Assembly: GCA_964016885.1 (NCBI GenBank)
Contig: OZ024757.1
Coordinates: 3,348,001-3,412,000 of the forward strand
Direction of reading: 5' to 3'
Source: Eledone cirrhosa
Lineage: Eukaryota
Length of the DNA: 64,000 nucleotides
This document shows, piece by piece, positions 1-15,000 of the stretch. The notes beneath the pieces were generated by a model. It was not told the origin of the DNA and searched no databases. It saw only the letters and a list, made by a program, of their open reading frames with translations. Both the position numbers and the translations under genes were made by a program. Position 1 is the stretch's first letter. The number at the start of each line of letters is the position of its first letter.

Positions 1-3000
1 CTCCATTCAGAGATTCTTTCCTGAGACATTCTAACCACATATCTGTAGTATCAAAGCTGTGATCACTCAATTCAGAGATTCTTTCCTCAGACATTCTAAC
101 CACATGTCTATAGTATCAGAGCCTTGATCTTTCAATTCAGAGTTTCTCTTCAGAGACATTCTAACCACATGTCTGTCGTATCAGCGCTGTGATATCCGAA
201 TTCAGAGATTCTTTCCTAGGACTTTCTAAGCAGATGCCTGTAATATCAGAGCTGTGATCTCTCAATCCAGAAATTCTTTCCAGAGACATTCTAACCACAT
301 GACTGTGGTATCAGAGCTGTGATCTCTCATTTCAGAGATTCTTTCCCAAGATATTCTAACCACATATCTATAGTATCAGGGCTGTGATCTCTTAATTCAG
401 AGATTCTTTCCTGAGACATTCTAAACAGATGTCTGAAGTATCTGAGCTGTGATCTCTCAATTCAGAGATTCTTTCCTGAGACATTCTACCCACATATCTG
501 TAGTATCAGCGCAGTGATATCTCAATTCAGAGATTCTTTTCTCAGACATTCTAACCACATTTCTATAGTATTAGAGCTGTGATCTCACAATTCAAAGATT
601 CTTTCCTGAGACATTCTAACTACATGTCTTTAGTTTCAGAGCTGTAATCTCTCAATTCAGAGATTCTTTCCAGAGACATTCTAACCACATGACCATAGTA
701 TCAGAGCTTTGATCTCTCAACTCAGAGATTACTTCCAGAGACATTCTAACCACATGTCTATAGTATCAGAGCTGTGATCTCTCCATTCAGAGATTCTTTC
801 CTGAGACATTCTAACCACATGTCTATAGTATCAGAGCTGTGCTCTCTCAACTCAGAGATTCTTTCCTGTGACATTCTAACCACATGTCTATCGTGTCAGA
901 GCTGTGATCTCTCAATTCAGACATTCTTTCCTGAGACATTCTAACCACATATCTGTAGTATCAAAGCTGTGATCACTCAATTCAGAGATTCTTTCCTGAG
1001 ACATTCTAACCACATGTCTGTAGTATCAGAGCCTTGATCTCTCAATTCAAAGTTTCTTTTCAGAGACGTTCTAAACACATGTCTGTAGTACCAGCGCTGT
1101 GATATCCCAATTCAGAGATTCTTTCCTCAGACATTCTAACCAGATGCCTGTAGTATCAGAGCTGTGATCTCTCAATTCAGAGATTCTTTCCTGAGACATT
1201 CTAACCACATGACTGTGGTATCAGATCTGTGATCTCTCATTTCAGAGATTCTTTCCTGAGACATTATAACCCCATGTCTGTACTATCAGAGCTGTGATCT
1301 CTCAATTCAGAGATTCTTTCCTGCGACATTCTAACCACATGTGTGTATTATCAGGGCTGTGATCTATCAATTCAGAGATTCTTTCCTGAGACATTCTAAC
1401 CACATGTCTGTAGTATCAGAGGTGTGATCGCGCAATTCAAAGATTCTTTACTGAGACATTCTAACTACATGTCTGTAGTATCAGTGCTTTAATCTCTCAA
1501 TTCAGAGATTCTTTCCAGAGACATTCTAACCACATGACCATAGTATCAGAGCTGTGATCTCTCAATTCAGAGATTCTTTCCAGAGACATTCTAACCACAT
1601 GTCTATAGTATCAGAGCTGTGATCTCTCCAATCAGAGATTATTTCCTGAGACATTCTAACCACATGTCTGTAGTATCAGATCTGTGATCTCTCAATTCAG
1701 AGATTCTTTCCTGAGACATTCTAACCACATGTCTATAGTATCAGAGCTGTGATCTCTCAATTCAGAGATTCTTTCCTGAGACATTCTAACCACATATCTG
1801 TAGTATCAAAGGTGTGATCACTCAATTCAGAGATTCTTTTCTCAGACATTCTAACCACATGTGTATAGTATCAGAGCTGTGATCTCTCAATTCAGAGATT
1901 CTTTTCAGAGACATTCTAACCACATGTCTGTAGTATCAAAGCTGTGATATCCCAATTCAGAGATTCTTTCCTGAGACATTCCCGCCACCAATCAGAGATT
2001 CTTTCCTCAGACATTCTAACCACATGTCTATAGTGTCAGAGCCTTGATCTTTCAATTCAGAGTTTCTCTTCAGAGACATTCTAACCACATGTCTGTTGTA
2101 TCAGCGCTGTGATATCCAAATTCAGAGATTCTTTCCTAGGACTTTCTAAGCAGATGCCTGTAATATCAGAGCTGTGATCTCTCAATCCAGAAATTCTTTC
2201 CAGAGACATTCTAACCACATGACTGTGGTGTCAGAGCTGTGATCTCTCATTTCAGAGATTCTTTCCCAAGATATTCTAACCACATATCTATAGTATCAGG
2301 GCTGTGATCTCTTAATTCAGAGATTCTTTCCTGAGACATTCTAAACAGATGTCTGTAGTATCTGAGCTGTGATCTCTCAATTCAGAGATTCTTTCCTGAG
2401 ACATTCTACCCACATATCTGTAGTATCAGCGCAGTGATATCTCAATTCAGAGATTCTTTTCTCAGACATTCTAACCACATTTCTATAGTATTAGAGCTGT
2501 GATCTCACAATTCAAAGATTCTTTCCTGAGACATTCTAACTACATGTCTGTAGTATCAGAGCTGTAATCTCTCAATTCAGAGATTCTTTCCTGCGACATA
2601 CTAACCACATGTGTGTAGTATCAGGGCTGTGATCTATCAATTCAGAGATTCTTTCCTGAGACATTCTAACCACATGTCTGTAGTATCAGAGGTGTGATCG
2701 CTCAATTCAAAGATTCTTTCCTGAGACATTCTAACTACATGTCTGTAGTATCAGAGCTGCAATCTCTCAATTCAGAGATTCTTTCCAGAGACATTCTAAC
2801 CACATGACCATAGTATCAGAGCTGTGATCTCTCAATTCAGAGATTCTTTCCAGAGACGTTCTAACCACATGTCTATTGTATCAGGGCTGTGATCTCTCCA
2901 ATCAGAGATTATTTCCTGAGACATTCTAACCACATTTCTATTGTATCAGAGCTGTGATATCTCAATTTAGAGATTCTTTCCTGAGGCATTCTAACCACAT

Positions 3001-6000
3001 GTCTATAGCATCAGAGCTGTGATCTCTCAATTCAGAGATTCTTTCTTGAGACATTCTAACCACATGTCTGTGGTATCAGAGCTGTGATCTCTCAATTCAG
3101 AGATTCTTTCCTGAGACATTCTAACTAAATGTCTGTAGTATTAGAGCTGTGTTCTCCCCATTCAGAGATTCTTTCCTGAGACATTCTAACCACATGTCTA
3201 TAGTATCAGAGCTGTGATCTCTCAATTCAGAGATTCTTTCCTGAGACATTCTAACCACATGTCTATAGTATCAGAGCTGTGATCTCTCAATTCAGAGATT
3301 TTTTCCTGAGACATTCTAACCACATGCCTGTAGTATCAGAGGTGTGATCTCTCAATTCAGAGATTCTTTCCTGAGACATTCTAACTCACATGTCTGTAGT
3401 ATCATAGTTGTAATCTCTTAATTCAGAGATTATTTCCAGAGACATTCTAACCACATGACCATAGTATCAGAGCTGTGATCTTTCAATTCAGAGATTCTTT
3501 CCAGAGACATTCTAACCACATATCTGTAGTATCAGAGCTGTGATCACTCAATTCAGAGATTCTTTTCGCAGACATTCTAACCACATGTCTATAGTATCAG
3601 AGCTGTGATCTCTCAATTCAGAGATTCTTTTCAGAGACATTCTAACCACATGTCTTTAGTATCAAAGCTGTGATATCCCAATTCAGAGATTCTTTCCTCA
3701 GACATTCTAACCAGATGTCTGTAATATCAGAGCTGTGATCTCTCAATCCAGAGATTCTTTCCAGAGACATTCTAACCACATGACTGTGGTATCAGAACTG
3801 TGATCTCTCAATTCAGAGATTTTTTCCAGAGACATTCTAACCACATGTCTATAGTATCAGAGCTGTGATCTCTCCAATCAGAGATTATTTCCTGAGACAT
3901 TCTAACCACATGTCTGTAGTATCAGATCTTTGATCTCTCAATTCAGAGATTCTTTCCTGAGACATTCTAAGCACATGTCTATAGTATCAGAGCTGTGATC
4001 TCTCAATTCAGAGATTCTTTCCTGAGACATTCTAACCACATATCTCTAGTATCAGAGCTGTGATCACTCAATTCAGAGATTCTTTTCTCAGACATTCTAA
4101 CCACATGTCTATAGTATCAGAGCTGTGATCTCTCAATTCAGAGATTCTTTTCAGAGACATTCTAACCACATGCCTGTAGTATCAGAGGTGTGATCTCTCC
4201 ATTCAGAGATTCTTTCCTGAGACATTCCCGCCACCAATCTGTAGTATCAGCATTGTGATCTCTCAATTCAGAGATTCTTTTCTCAGACATTCTAACCACA
4301 TTTCTATAGTATCAAAGCTGTGATATCTCAATTTAGAGATTCTTTCCAGAGGCATTCTAACCACATGTCTATTGCATCAGAGCTGTGATCTCTCAATTCA
4401 GAGATTCTTTCTTGAGACATTCTAACCACATGTCTGTGGTATCAGAGCTGTGATCTCTCAATTCAGAGATTCTTTCCTGAGACATTCTAACTACATGTCT
4501 GTAGTATCAGAGCTTTAATCTCTCAATTCAGGGATTCTTTCCTGAGACATTCTAACCACATGTCTATATTATCAGAGCTGTGATCTCTCAATTCAGAGAT
4601 TCTTTCCTGAGACATTCTAACCACATGCCTGTAGTATCAGAGGTGTGATCTCTCCATTCAGAGATTCTTTCCTGAGACATTCTAACTACATGTCTGTAGT
4701 ATCAGAGCTGTGATCTCTCAATTCAGAGATTCTTTCCTGAGACATTCTAACCACATGTCTATAGTATCAGAGCTGTGATCTCTCAATTAAGAGATTCTTT
4801 CCTGAGACATTCTAACCACATGTCTATAGTATCAGAGCTGTGATCTCTCAATTCAGAGATTCTTTCCTGAGGCATTCTAACCACATGCCTGTAGAATCAG
4901 AGGTGTGATCTCACAATTCAGAGATTCTTTCCTGAGACATTCTAACCACATGTCTATAGTATCAGAGCTGTGATCTCTCAATTCAGAGATTCTTTTCAGA
5001 GACATTCTAACCACATGTCTGTAGTATCAAAGCTGTGATATCCCAATTCAGAGATTCTTTCCTGAGACATTCCCGCCACCAATCTGTTTGTATCAGTGTT
5101 GTGATCTCTCAATTCAGAGATTCTTTTCTCAGACATTCTAACCACATTTCTATTGTATCAGAGCTGTGATATCTCAATTTAGAGATTCTTTCCTGAGGCA
5201 TTCTAACCACATGTCTATAGCATCAGAGCTGTGATCTCTCAATTCAGAGATTCTTTCCTGAGACATTCTAACCACATGTCTGTGGTATCAGAGCTGTGAT
5301 CTCTCAATTCAGAGATTCTTTCCTGAGACATTCTAACCACATGTCTATAGTATCAGAGCTGTGATCTCTCAATTCAGAGATTCTTTCCTGAGACATTCTA
5401 ACCACATGCCTGTAGTATCAGAGGTGTGATCTCTCAATTCAGAGATTCTTTCCTGAGACATTCTAACTACATGTCTGTAGTATCAGAGCTGTGATCTCTC
5501 CATTCAGAGATTCTTTCCTGAGACATTCTAACCACATGTCTATAGTATCAGAGCTGTGATCTCTCAATTCAGAGATTCTTTCCTGAGACATTCTAACCAC
5601 ATGTCTATAGTATCAGAGCTGTGATCTCTCAATTCAGAGATTCTTTCCTGAGACATTCTAACCACATATCTGTAGTATCAAAGCTGTGATCACTCAATTC
5701 AGAGATTCTTTCCTCAGACATTCTCACCACATGTCTATAGTATCTGAGCCTTGATCTTTCAATTCAGAGTTTCTCTTCAGAGACATTCTAACCACATGTC
5801 TGTCGTATCAGCGCTGTGCTATCCGAATTCAGAGATTCTTTCCTAGGACTTTCTAAGCAGATGCCTGTAATATCAGAGCTGTGATCTCTCAATCCAGAAA
5901 TTCTTTCCAGAGACATTCTAACCACATGACTGTGGTATCAGAGGTGTGATCTCTCAATTCAGAGATTCTTTCCTGAGACATTCTAACTACATGTCTGTAG

Positions 6001-9000
6001 TATCAGAGCTGTGATCTCTCCATTCAGAGATTCTTTCCTGAGACATTCTAACCACATGTCTATAGTATCAGAGCTGTGATCTCTCAATTCAGAGATTTTT
6101 TCCTGAGACATTCTAACCACATGCCTGTAGTATCAGAGGTGTGATCTCTCAATTCAGAGATTCTTTCCTGAGACATTCTAACTCACATGTCTGTAGTATC
6201 ATAGCTGTAATCTCTTAATTCAGAGATTATTTCCAGAGACATTCTAACCACATGACCATAGTATCAGAGCTGTGATCTTTCAATTCAGAGATTCTTTCCA
6301 GAGACATTCTAACCACATATCTGTAGTATCAGAGCTGTGATCTCTCAATTCAGAGATCCTTTCCTGAGACATTCTAACCACATATCTGTAGTATCAGAGC
6401 TGTGATCACTCAATTCAGAGATTCTTTTCTCAGACATTCTAACCACATGTCTATAGTATCAGAGCTGTGATCTCTCAATTCAGAGATTCTTTTCAGAGAC
6501 ATTCTAACCACATGTCTGTAGTATCAAAGCTGTGATATCCCAATTCAGAGATTCTTTCCTGAGACATTCCCGCCACCAATCTGTAGTATCAGCATTGTGA
6601 TCTCTCAATTCACAGATTCTTTTCTCAGACATTCTAACCACATTTCTATAGTATCAGAGCTGTGATATCTCAATTTAGAGATTCTTTCCAGAGGCATTCT
6701 AAGCACATGTCTATAGCATCAGAGCTGTGATCTCTCAATTCAGAGATTCTTTCTTGAGACATTCTAACCACATGTCTATAGTATCAGAGCTGTGATCTCT
6801 CAATTCAGAGATTCTTTTCAGAGACATTCTAACCACATGTCTGTAGTATCAAAGCTGTGATATCCCAATTCAGAGATTCTTTCCTGAGACATTCCCGCCA
6901 CCAATCTGTAGTATCAGCATTGTGATCTCTCAATTCAGAGATTCTTTTCTCAGACATTCTAACCACATGTCTATAGCATCAGAGCTGTGATCTCTCAATT
7001 CAGAGATTCTTTCTTGAGACATTCTAACCACATGTCTGTGGTATCAGAGCTGTGATCTCTCAATTCAGAGATTCTTTCCTGAGACATTCTAACTACATGT
7101 CTGTAGTATCAGAGCTTTAATCTCTCAATTCAGGGATTCTTTCCTGAGACATTCTAACCACATGTCTATATTATCAGAGCTGTGATCTCTCAATTCAGAG
7201 ATTCTTTCCTGAGACATTCTAACCACATGCCTGTAGTATCAGAGGTGTGATCTCTCCATTCAGAGATTCTTTCCTGAGACATTCTAACTACATGTCTGTA
7301 GTATCAGAGCTGTGATCTCTCCATTCAGAGATTCTTTCCTGAGACATTCTAACCACATGTCTATAGTATCAGAGCTGTGATCTCTCAATTAAGAGATTCT
7401 TTCCTGAGACATTCTAACCACATGTCTATAGTATCAGAGCTGTGATCTCTCAATTCAGAGATTCTTTCCTGAGGCATTCTAACCACATGCCTGTAGAATC
7501 AGAGGTGTGATCTCACAATTCAGAGATTCTTTCCTGAGACATTCTAACCACATGTCTATAGTATCAGAGCTGTGATCTCTCAATTCAGAGATTCTTTTCA
7601 GAGACATTCTAACCACATGTCTGTAGTATCAAAGCTGTGATATCCCAATTCAGAGATTCTTTCCTGAGACATTCCCGCCACCAATCTGTTTGTATCAGTG
7701 TTGTGATCTCTCAATTCAGAGATTCTTTTCTCAGACATTCTAACCACATTTCTATTGTATCAGAGCTGTGATATCTCAATTTAGAGATTCTTTCCTGAGG
7801 CATTCTAACCACATGTCTATAGCATCAGAGCTGTGATCTCTCAATTCAGAGATTCTTTCCTGAGACATTCTAACCACATGTCTGTGGTATCAGAGCTGTG
7901 ATCTCTCAATTCAGAGATTCTTTCCTGAGACATTCTAACCACATGTCTATAGTATCAGAGCTGTGATCTCTCAATTCAAAGATTCTTTCCTGAGACATTC
8001 TAACCACATGCATGTAGTATCAGAGGTGTGATCTCTCAATTCAGAGATTCTTTCCTGAGACATTCTAACTACATGTCTGTAGTATCAGAGCTGTGATCTC
8101 TCCATTCAGAGATTCTTTCCTGAGACATTCTAACCACATGTCTATAGTATCAGAGCTGTGATCTCTCAATTCAGAGATTCTTTCCTGAGACATTCTAACC
8201 ACATGTCTATAGTATCAGAGCTGTGATCTCTCAATTCAGAGATTCTTTCCTGAGACATTCTAACCACATATCTGTAGTATCAAAGCTGTGATCACTCAAT
8301 TCAGAGATTCTTTCCTCAGACATTCTCACCACATGTCTATAGTATCTGAGCCTTGATCTTTCAATTCAGAGTTTCTCTTCAGAGACATTCTAACCACATG
8401 TCTGTCGTATCAGCGCTGTGCTATCCGAATTCAGAGATTCTTTCCTAGGACTTTCTAAGCAGATGCCTGTAATATCAGAGCTGTGATCTCTCAATCCAGA
8501 AATTCTTTCCAGAGACATTCTAACCACATGACTGTGGTATCAGAGGTGTGATCTCTCAATTCAGAGATTCTTTCCTGAGACATTCTAACTACATGTCTGT
8601 AGTATCAGAGCTGTGATCTCTCCATTCAGAGATTCTTTCCTGAGACATTCTAACCACATGTCTATAGTATCAGAGCTGTGATCTCTCAATTCAGAGATTT
8701 TTTCCTGAGACATTCTAACCACATGCCTGTAGTATCAGAGGTGTGATCTCTCAATTCAGAGATTCTTTCCTGAGACATTCTAACTCACATGTCTGTAGTA
8801 TCATAGCTGTAATCTCTTAATTCAGAGATTATTTCCAGAGACATTCTAACCACATGACCATAGTATCAGAGCTGTGATCTTTCAATTCAGAGATTCTTTC
8901 CAGAGACATTCTAACCACATATCTGTAGTATCAGAGCTGTGATCTCTCAATTCAGAGATCCTTTCCTGAGACATTCTAACCACATATCTGTAGTATCAGA

Positions 9001-12000
9001 GCTGTGATCACTCAATTCAGAGATTCTTTTCTCAGACATTCTAACCACATGTCTATAGTATCAGAGCTGTGATCTCTCAATTCAGAGATTCTTTTCAGAG
9101 ACATTCTAACCACATGTCTGTAGTATCAAAGCTGTGATATCCCAATTCAGAGATTCTTTCCTGAGACATTCCCGCCACCAATCTGTAGTATCAGCATTGT
9201 GATCTCTCAATTCAGAGATTCTTTTCTCAGACATTCTAACCACATTTCTATAGTATCAGAGCTGTGATATCTCAATTTAGAGATTCTTTCCAGAGGCATT
9301 CTAAGCACATGTCTATAGCATCAGAGCTGTGATCTCTCAATTCAGAGATTCTTTCTTGAGACATTCTAACCACATGTCTGTGGTATCAGAGCTGTGATCT
9401 CTCAATTCAGAGATTCTTTCCTGAGACATTCTAACTACATGTCTGTAGTATCAGAGCTGTAATCTCTCAATTCAGAGATTCTTTCCTGAGACATTCTAAC
9501 CACATGTCTATATTATCAGAGCTGTGATCTCTCAATTCAGAGATTCTTTCCTGAGACATTCTAACCACATGCCTGTAGTATCAGAGGTGTGATCTCTCCA
9601 TTCAGAGATTCTTTTCTGAGACATTCTAACTACATGTCTGTAGTATCAGAGCTGTGATCTCTCCATTCAGAGATTCTTTCCTGAGACATTCTAACCACAT
9701 GTCTATAGTATAACAGCTGTGATCTCTCAATTAAGAGATTCTTTCCTGAGACATTCTAACCACATGTCTATAGTATCAGAGTTGTGATCTCTCAATTCAG
9801 AGATTCTTTCCTGAGACATTCTAACCACATGCCTGTAGAATCAGAGGTGTGATCTCTCAATTTAGAGATTCTTTCCTGAGACATTCTAACTACATGTCTG
9901 TAGTATCAGAGCTGTAATCTCTTAATTCAGAGATTCTTTCCAGAGACATTCTAACCACATGTCTGTAGTATCAGATCTGTGATCTCTCAATTCAGAGATT
10001 CTTTCCTGAGACATTCTAACCACATGTCTATAGTATCAGAGCTGTGATCTCTCCAATCAGAGATTATTTCCTGAGACATTCTAACCACATGTCTGTAGTA
10101 TCAGATCTTTGATCTCTCAATTCAGAGATTCTTTCCTGAGACATTCTAAGCACATGTCTATAGTATCAGAGCTGTGATCTCTCAATTCAGAGATTCTTTC
10201 CTGAGACATTCTAACCACATATCTCTAGTATCAGAGCTGTGATCACTCAATTCAGAGATTCTTTTCTCAGACATTCTAACCACATGTCTATAGTATCAGA
10301 GCTGTGATCTCTCAATTCAGAGATTCTTTTCAGAGACATTCTAACCACATGCCTGTAGTATCAGAGGTGTGATCTCTCCATTCAGAGATTCTTTCCTGAG
10401 ACATTCCCGCCACCAATCTGTAGTATCAGCATTGTGATCTCTCAATTCAGAGATTCTTTTCTCAGACATTCTAACCACATTTCTATAGTATCAAAGCTGT
10501 GATATCTCAATTTAGAGATTCTTTCCAGAGGCATTCTAACCACATGTCTATTGCATCAGAGCTGTGATCTCTCAATTCAGAGATTCTTTCTTGAGACATT
10601 CTAACCACATGTCTGTGGTATCAGAGCTGTGATCTCTCAATTCAGAGATTCTTTCCTGAGACATTCTAACTACATGTCTGTAGTATCAGAGCTTTAATCT
10701 CTCAATTCAGGGATTCTTTCCTGAGACATTCTAACCACATGTCTATATTATCAGAGCTGTGATCTCTCAATTCAGAGATTCTTTCCTGAGACATTCTAAC
10801 CACATGCCTGTAGTATCAGAGGTGTGATCTCTCCATTCAGAGATTCTTTCCTGAGACATTCTAACTACATGTCTGTAGTATCAGAGCTGTGATCTCTCAA
10901 TTCAGAGATTCTTTCCTGAGACATTCTAACCACATGTCTATAGTATCAGAGCTGTGATCTCTCAATTAAGAGATTCTTTCCTGAGACATTCTAACCACAT
11001 GTCTATAGTATCAGAGCTGTGATCTCTCAATTCAGAGATTCTTTCCTGAGGCATTCTAACCACATGCCTGTAGAATCAGAGGTGTGATCTCACAATTCAG
11101 AGATTCTTTCCTGAGACATTCTAACCACATGTCTATAGTATCAGAGCTGTGATCTCTCAATTCAGAGATTCTTTTCAGAGACATTCTAACCACATGTCTG
11201 TAGTATCAAAGCTGTGATATCCCAATTCAGAGATTCTTTCCTGAGACATTCCCGCCACCAATCTGTTTGTATCAGTGTTGTGATCTCTCAATTCAGAGAT
11301 TCTTTTCTCAGACATTCTAACCACATTTCTATTGTATCAGAGCTGTGATATCTCAATTTAGAGATTCTTTCCTGAGGCATTCTAACCACATGTCTATAGC
11401 ATCAGAGCTGTGATCTCTCAATTCAGAGATTCTTTCCTGAGACATTCTAACCACATGTCTGTGGTATCAGAGCTGTGATCTCTCAATTCAGAGATTCTTT
11501 CCTGAGACATTCTAACCACATGTCTATAGTATCAGAGCTGTGATCTCTCAATTCAGAGATTCTTTCCTGAGACATTCTAACCACATGCCTGTAGTATCAG
11601 AGGTGTGATCTCTCAATTCAGAGATTCTTTCCTGAGACATTCTAACTACATGTCTGTAGTATCAGAGCTGTGATCTCTCCATTCAGAGATTCTTTCCTGA
11701 GACATTCTAACCACATGTCTATAGTATCAGAGCTGTGATCTCTCAATTCAGAGATTCTTTCCTGAGACATTCTAACCACATGTCTATAGTATCAGAGCTG
11801 TGATCTCTCAATTCAGAGATTCTTTCCTGAGACATTCTAACCACATATCTGTAGTATCAAAGCTGTGATCACTCAATTCAGAGATTCTTTCCTCAGACAT
11901 TCTCACCACATGTCTATAGTATCTGAGCCTTGATCTTTCAATTCAGAGTTTCTCTTCAGAGACATTCTAACCACATGTCTGTCGTATCAGCGCTGTGCTA

Positions 12001-15000
12001 TCCGAATTCAGAGATTCTTTCCTAGGACTTTCTAAGCAGATGCCTGTAATATCAGAGCTGTGATCTCTCAATCCAGAAATTCTTTCCAGAGACATTCTAA
12101 CCACATGACTGTGGTATCAGAGGTGTGATCTCTCAATTCAGAGATTCTTTCCTGAGACATTCTAACTACATGTCTGTAGTATCAGAGCTGTGATCTCTCC
12201 ATTCAGAGATTCTTTCCTGAGACATTCTAACCACATGTCTATAGTATCAGAGCTGTGATCTCTCAATTCAGAGATTTTTTCCTGAGACATTCTAACCACA
12301 TGCCTGTAGTATCAGAGGTGTGATCTCTCAATTCAGAGATTCTTTCCTGAGACATTCTAACTCACATGTCTGTAGTATCATAGCTGTAATCTCTTAATTC
12401 AGAGATTATTTCCAGAGACATTCTAACCACATGACCATAGTATCAGAGCTGTGATCTTTCAATTCAGAGATTCTTTCCAGAGACATTCTAACCACATATC
12501 TGTAGTATCAGAGCTGTGATCTCTCAATTCAGAGATCCTTTCCTGAGACATTCTAACCACATATCTGTAGTATCAGAGCTGTGATCACTCAATTCAGAGA
12601 TTCTTTTCTCAGACATTCTAACCACATGTCTATAGTATCAGAGCTGTGATCTCTCAATTCAGAGATTCTTTTCAGAGACATTCTAACCACATGTCTGTAG
12701 TATCAAAGCTGTGATATCCCAATTCAGAGATTCTTTCCTGAGACATTCCCGCCACCAATCTGTAGTATCAGCATTGTGATCTCTCAATTCACAGATTCTT
12801 TTCTCAGACATTCTAACCACATTTCTATAGTATCAGAGCTGTGATATCTCAATTTAGAGATTCTTTCCAGAGGCATTCTAAGCACATGTCTATAGCATCA
12901 GAGCTGTGATCTCTCAATTCAGAGATTCTTTCTTGAGACATTCTAACCACATGTCTATAGTATCAGAGCTGTGATCTCTCAATTCAGAGATTCTTTTCAG
13001 AGACATTCTAACCACATGTCTGTAGTATCAAAGCTGTGATATCCCAATTCAGAGATTCTTTCCTGAGACATTCCCGCCACCAATCTGTAGTATCAGCATT
13101 GTGATCTCTCAATTCAGAGATTCTTTTCTCAGACATTCTAACCACATGTCTATAGCATCAGAGCTGTGATCTCTCAATTCAGAGATTCTTTCTTGAGACA
13201 TTCTAACCACATGTCTGTGGTATCAGAGCTGTGATCTCTCAATTCAGAGATTCTTTCCTGAGACATTCTAACTACATGTCTGTAGTATCAGAGCTTTAAT
13301 CTCTCAATTCAGGGATTCTTTCCTGAGACATTCTAACCACATGTCTATATTATCAGAGCTGTGATCTCTCAATTCAGAGATTCTTTCCTGAGACATTCTA
13401 ACCACATGCCTGTAGTATCAGAGGTGTGATCTCTCCATTCAGAGATTCTTTCCTGAGACATTCTAACTACATGTCTGTAGTATCAGAGCTGTGATCTCTC
13501 CATTCAGAGATTCTTTCCTGAGACATTCTAACCACATGTCTATAGTATCAGAGCTGTGATCTCTCAATTAAGAGATTCTTTCCTGAGACATTCTAACCAC
13601 ATGTCTATAGTATCAGAGCTGTGATCTCTCAATTCAGAGATTCTTTCCTGAGGCATTCTAACCACATGCCTGTAGAATCAGAGGTGTGATCTCACAATTC
13701 AGAGATTCTTTCCTGAGACATTCTAACCACATGTCTATAGTATCAGAGCTGTGATCTCTCAATTCAGAGATTCTTTTCAGAGACATTCTAACCACATGTC
13801 TGTAGTATCAAAGCTGTGATATCCCAATTCAGAGATTCTTTCCTGAGACATTCCCGCCACCAATCTGTTTGTATCAGTGTTGTGATCTCTCAATTCAGAG
13901 ATTCTTTTCTCAGACATTCTAACCACATTTCTATTGTATCAGAGCTGTGATATCTCAATTTAGAGATTCTTTCCTGAGGCATTCTAACCACATGTCTATA
14001 GCATCAGAGCTGTGATCTCTCAATTCAGAGATTCTTTCCTGAGACATTCTAACCACATGTCTGTGGTATCAGAGCTGTGATCTCTCAATTCAGAGATTCT
14101 TTCCTGAGACATTCTAACCACATGTCTATAGTATCAGAGCTGTGATCTCTCAATTCAAAGATTCTTTCCTGAGACATTCTAACCACATGCATGTAGTATC
14201 AGAGGTGTGATCTCTCAATTCAGAGATTCTTTCCTGAGACATTCTAACTACATGTCTGTAGTATCAGAGCTGTGATCTCTCCATTCAGAGATTCTTTCCT
14301 GAGACATTCTAACCACATGTCTATAGTATCAGAGCTGTGATCTCTCAATTCAGAGATTCTTTCCTGAGACATTCTAACCACATGTCTATAGTATCAGAGC
14401 TGTGATCTCTCAATTCAGAGATTCTTTCCTGAGACATTCTAACCACATATCTGTAGTATCAAAGCTGTGATCACTCAATTCAGAGATTCTTTCCTCAGAC
14501 ATTCTCACCACATGTCTATAGTATCTGAGCCTTGATCTTTCAATTCAGAGTTTCTCTTCAGAGACATTCTAACCACATGTCTGTCGTATCAGCGCTGTGC
14601 TATCCGAATTCAGAGATTCTTTCCTAGGACTTTCTAAGCAGATGCCTGTAATATCAGAGCTGTGATCTCTCAATCCAGAAATTCTTTCCAGAGACATTCT
14701 AACCACATGACTGTGGTATCAGAGGTGTGATCTCTCAATTCAGAGATTCTTTCCTGAGACATTCTAACTACATGTCTGTAGTATCAGAGCTGTGATCTCT
14801 CCATTCAGAGATTCTTTCCTGAGACATTCTAACCACATGTCTATAGTATCAGAGCTGTGATCTCTCAATTCAGAGATTTTTTCCTGAGACATTCTAACCA
14901 CATGCCTGTAGTATCAGAGGTGTGATCTCTCAATTCAGAGATTCTTTCCTGAGACATTCTAACTCACATGTCTGTAGTATCATAGCTGTAATCTCTTAAT

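Noticed and set aside
4227-4243. CENP-B box in the CCCGCC variant, tempting given the nearby CENP-B-like transposase
   Set aside because: It does not match CCCGNNTNNNNCGAA. The Tigger is a disabled TIR-flanked transposon rather than a domesticated CENP-B gene.
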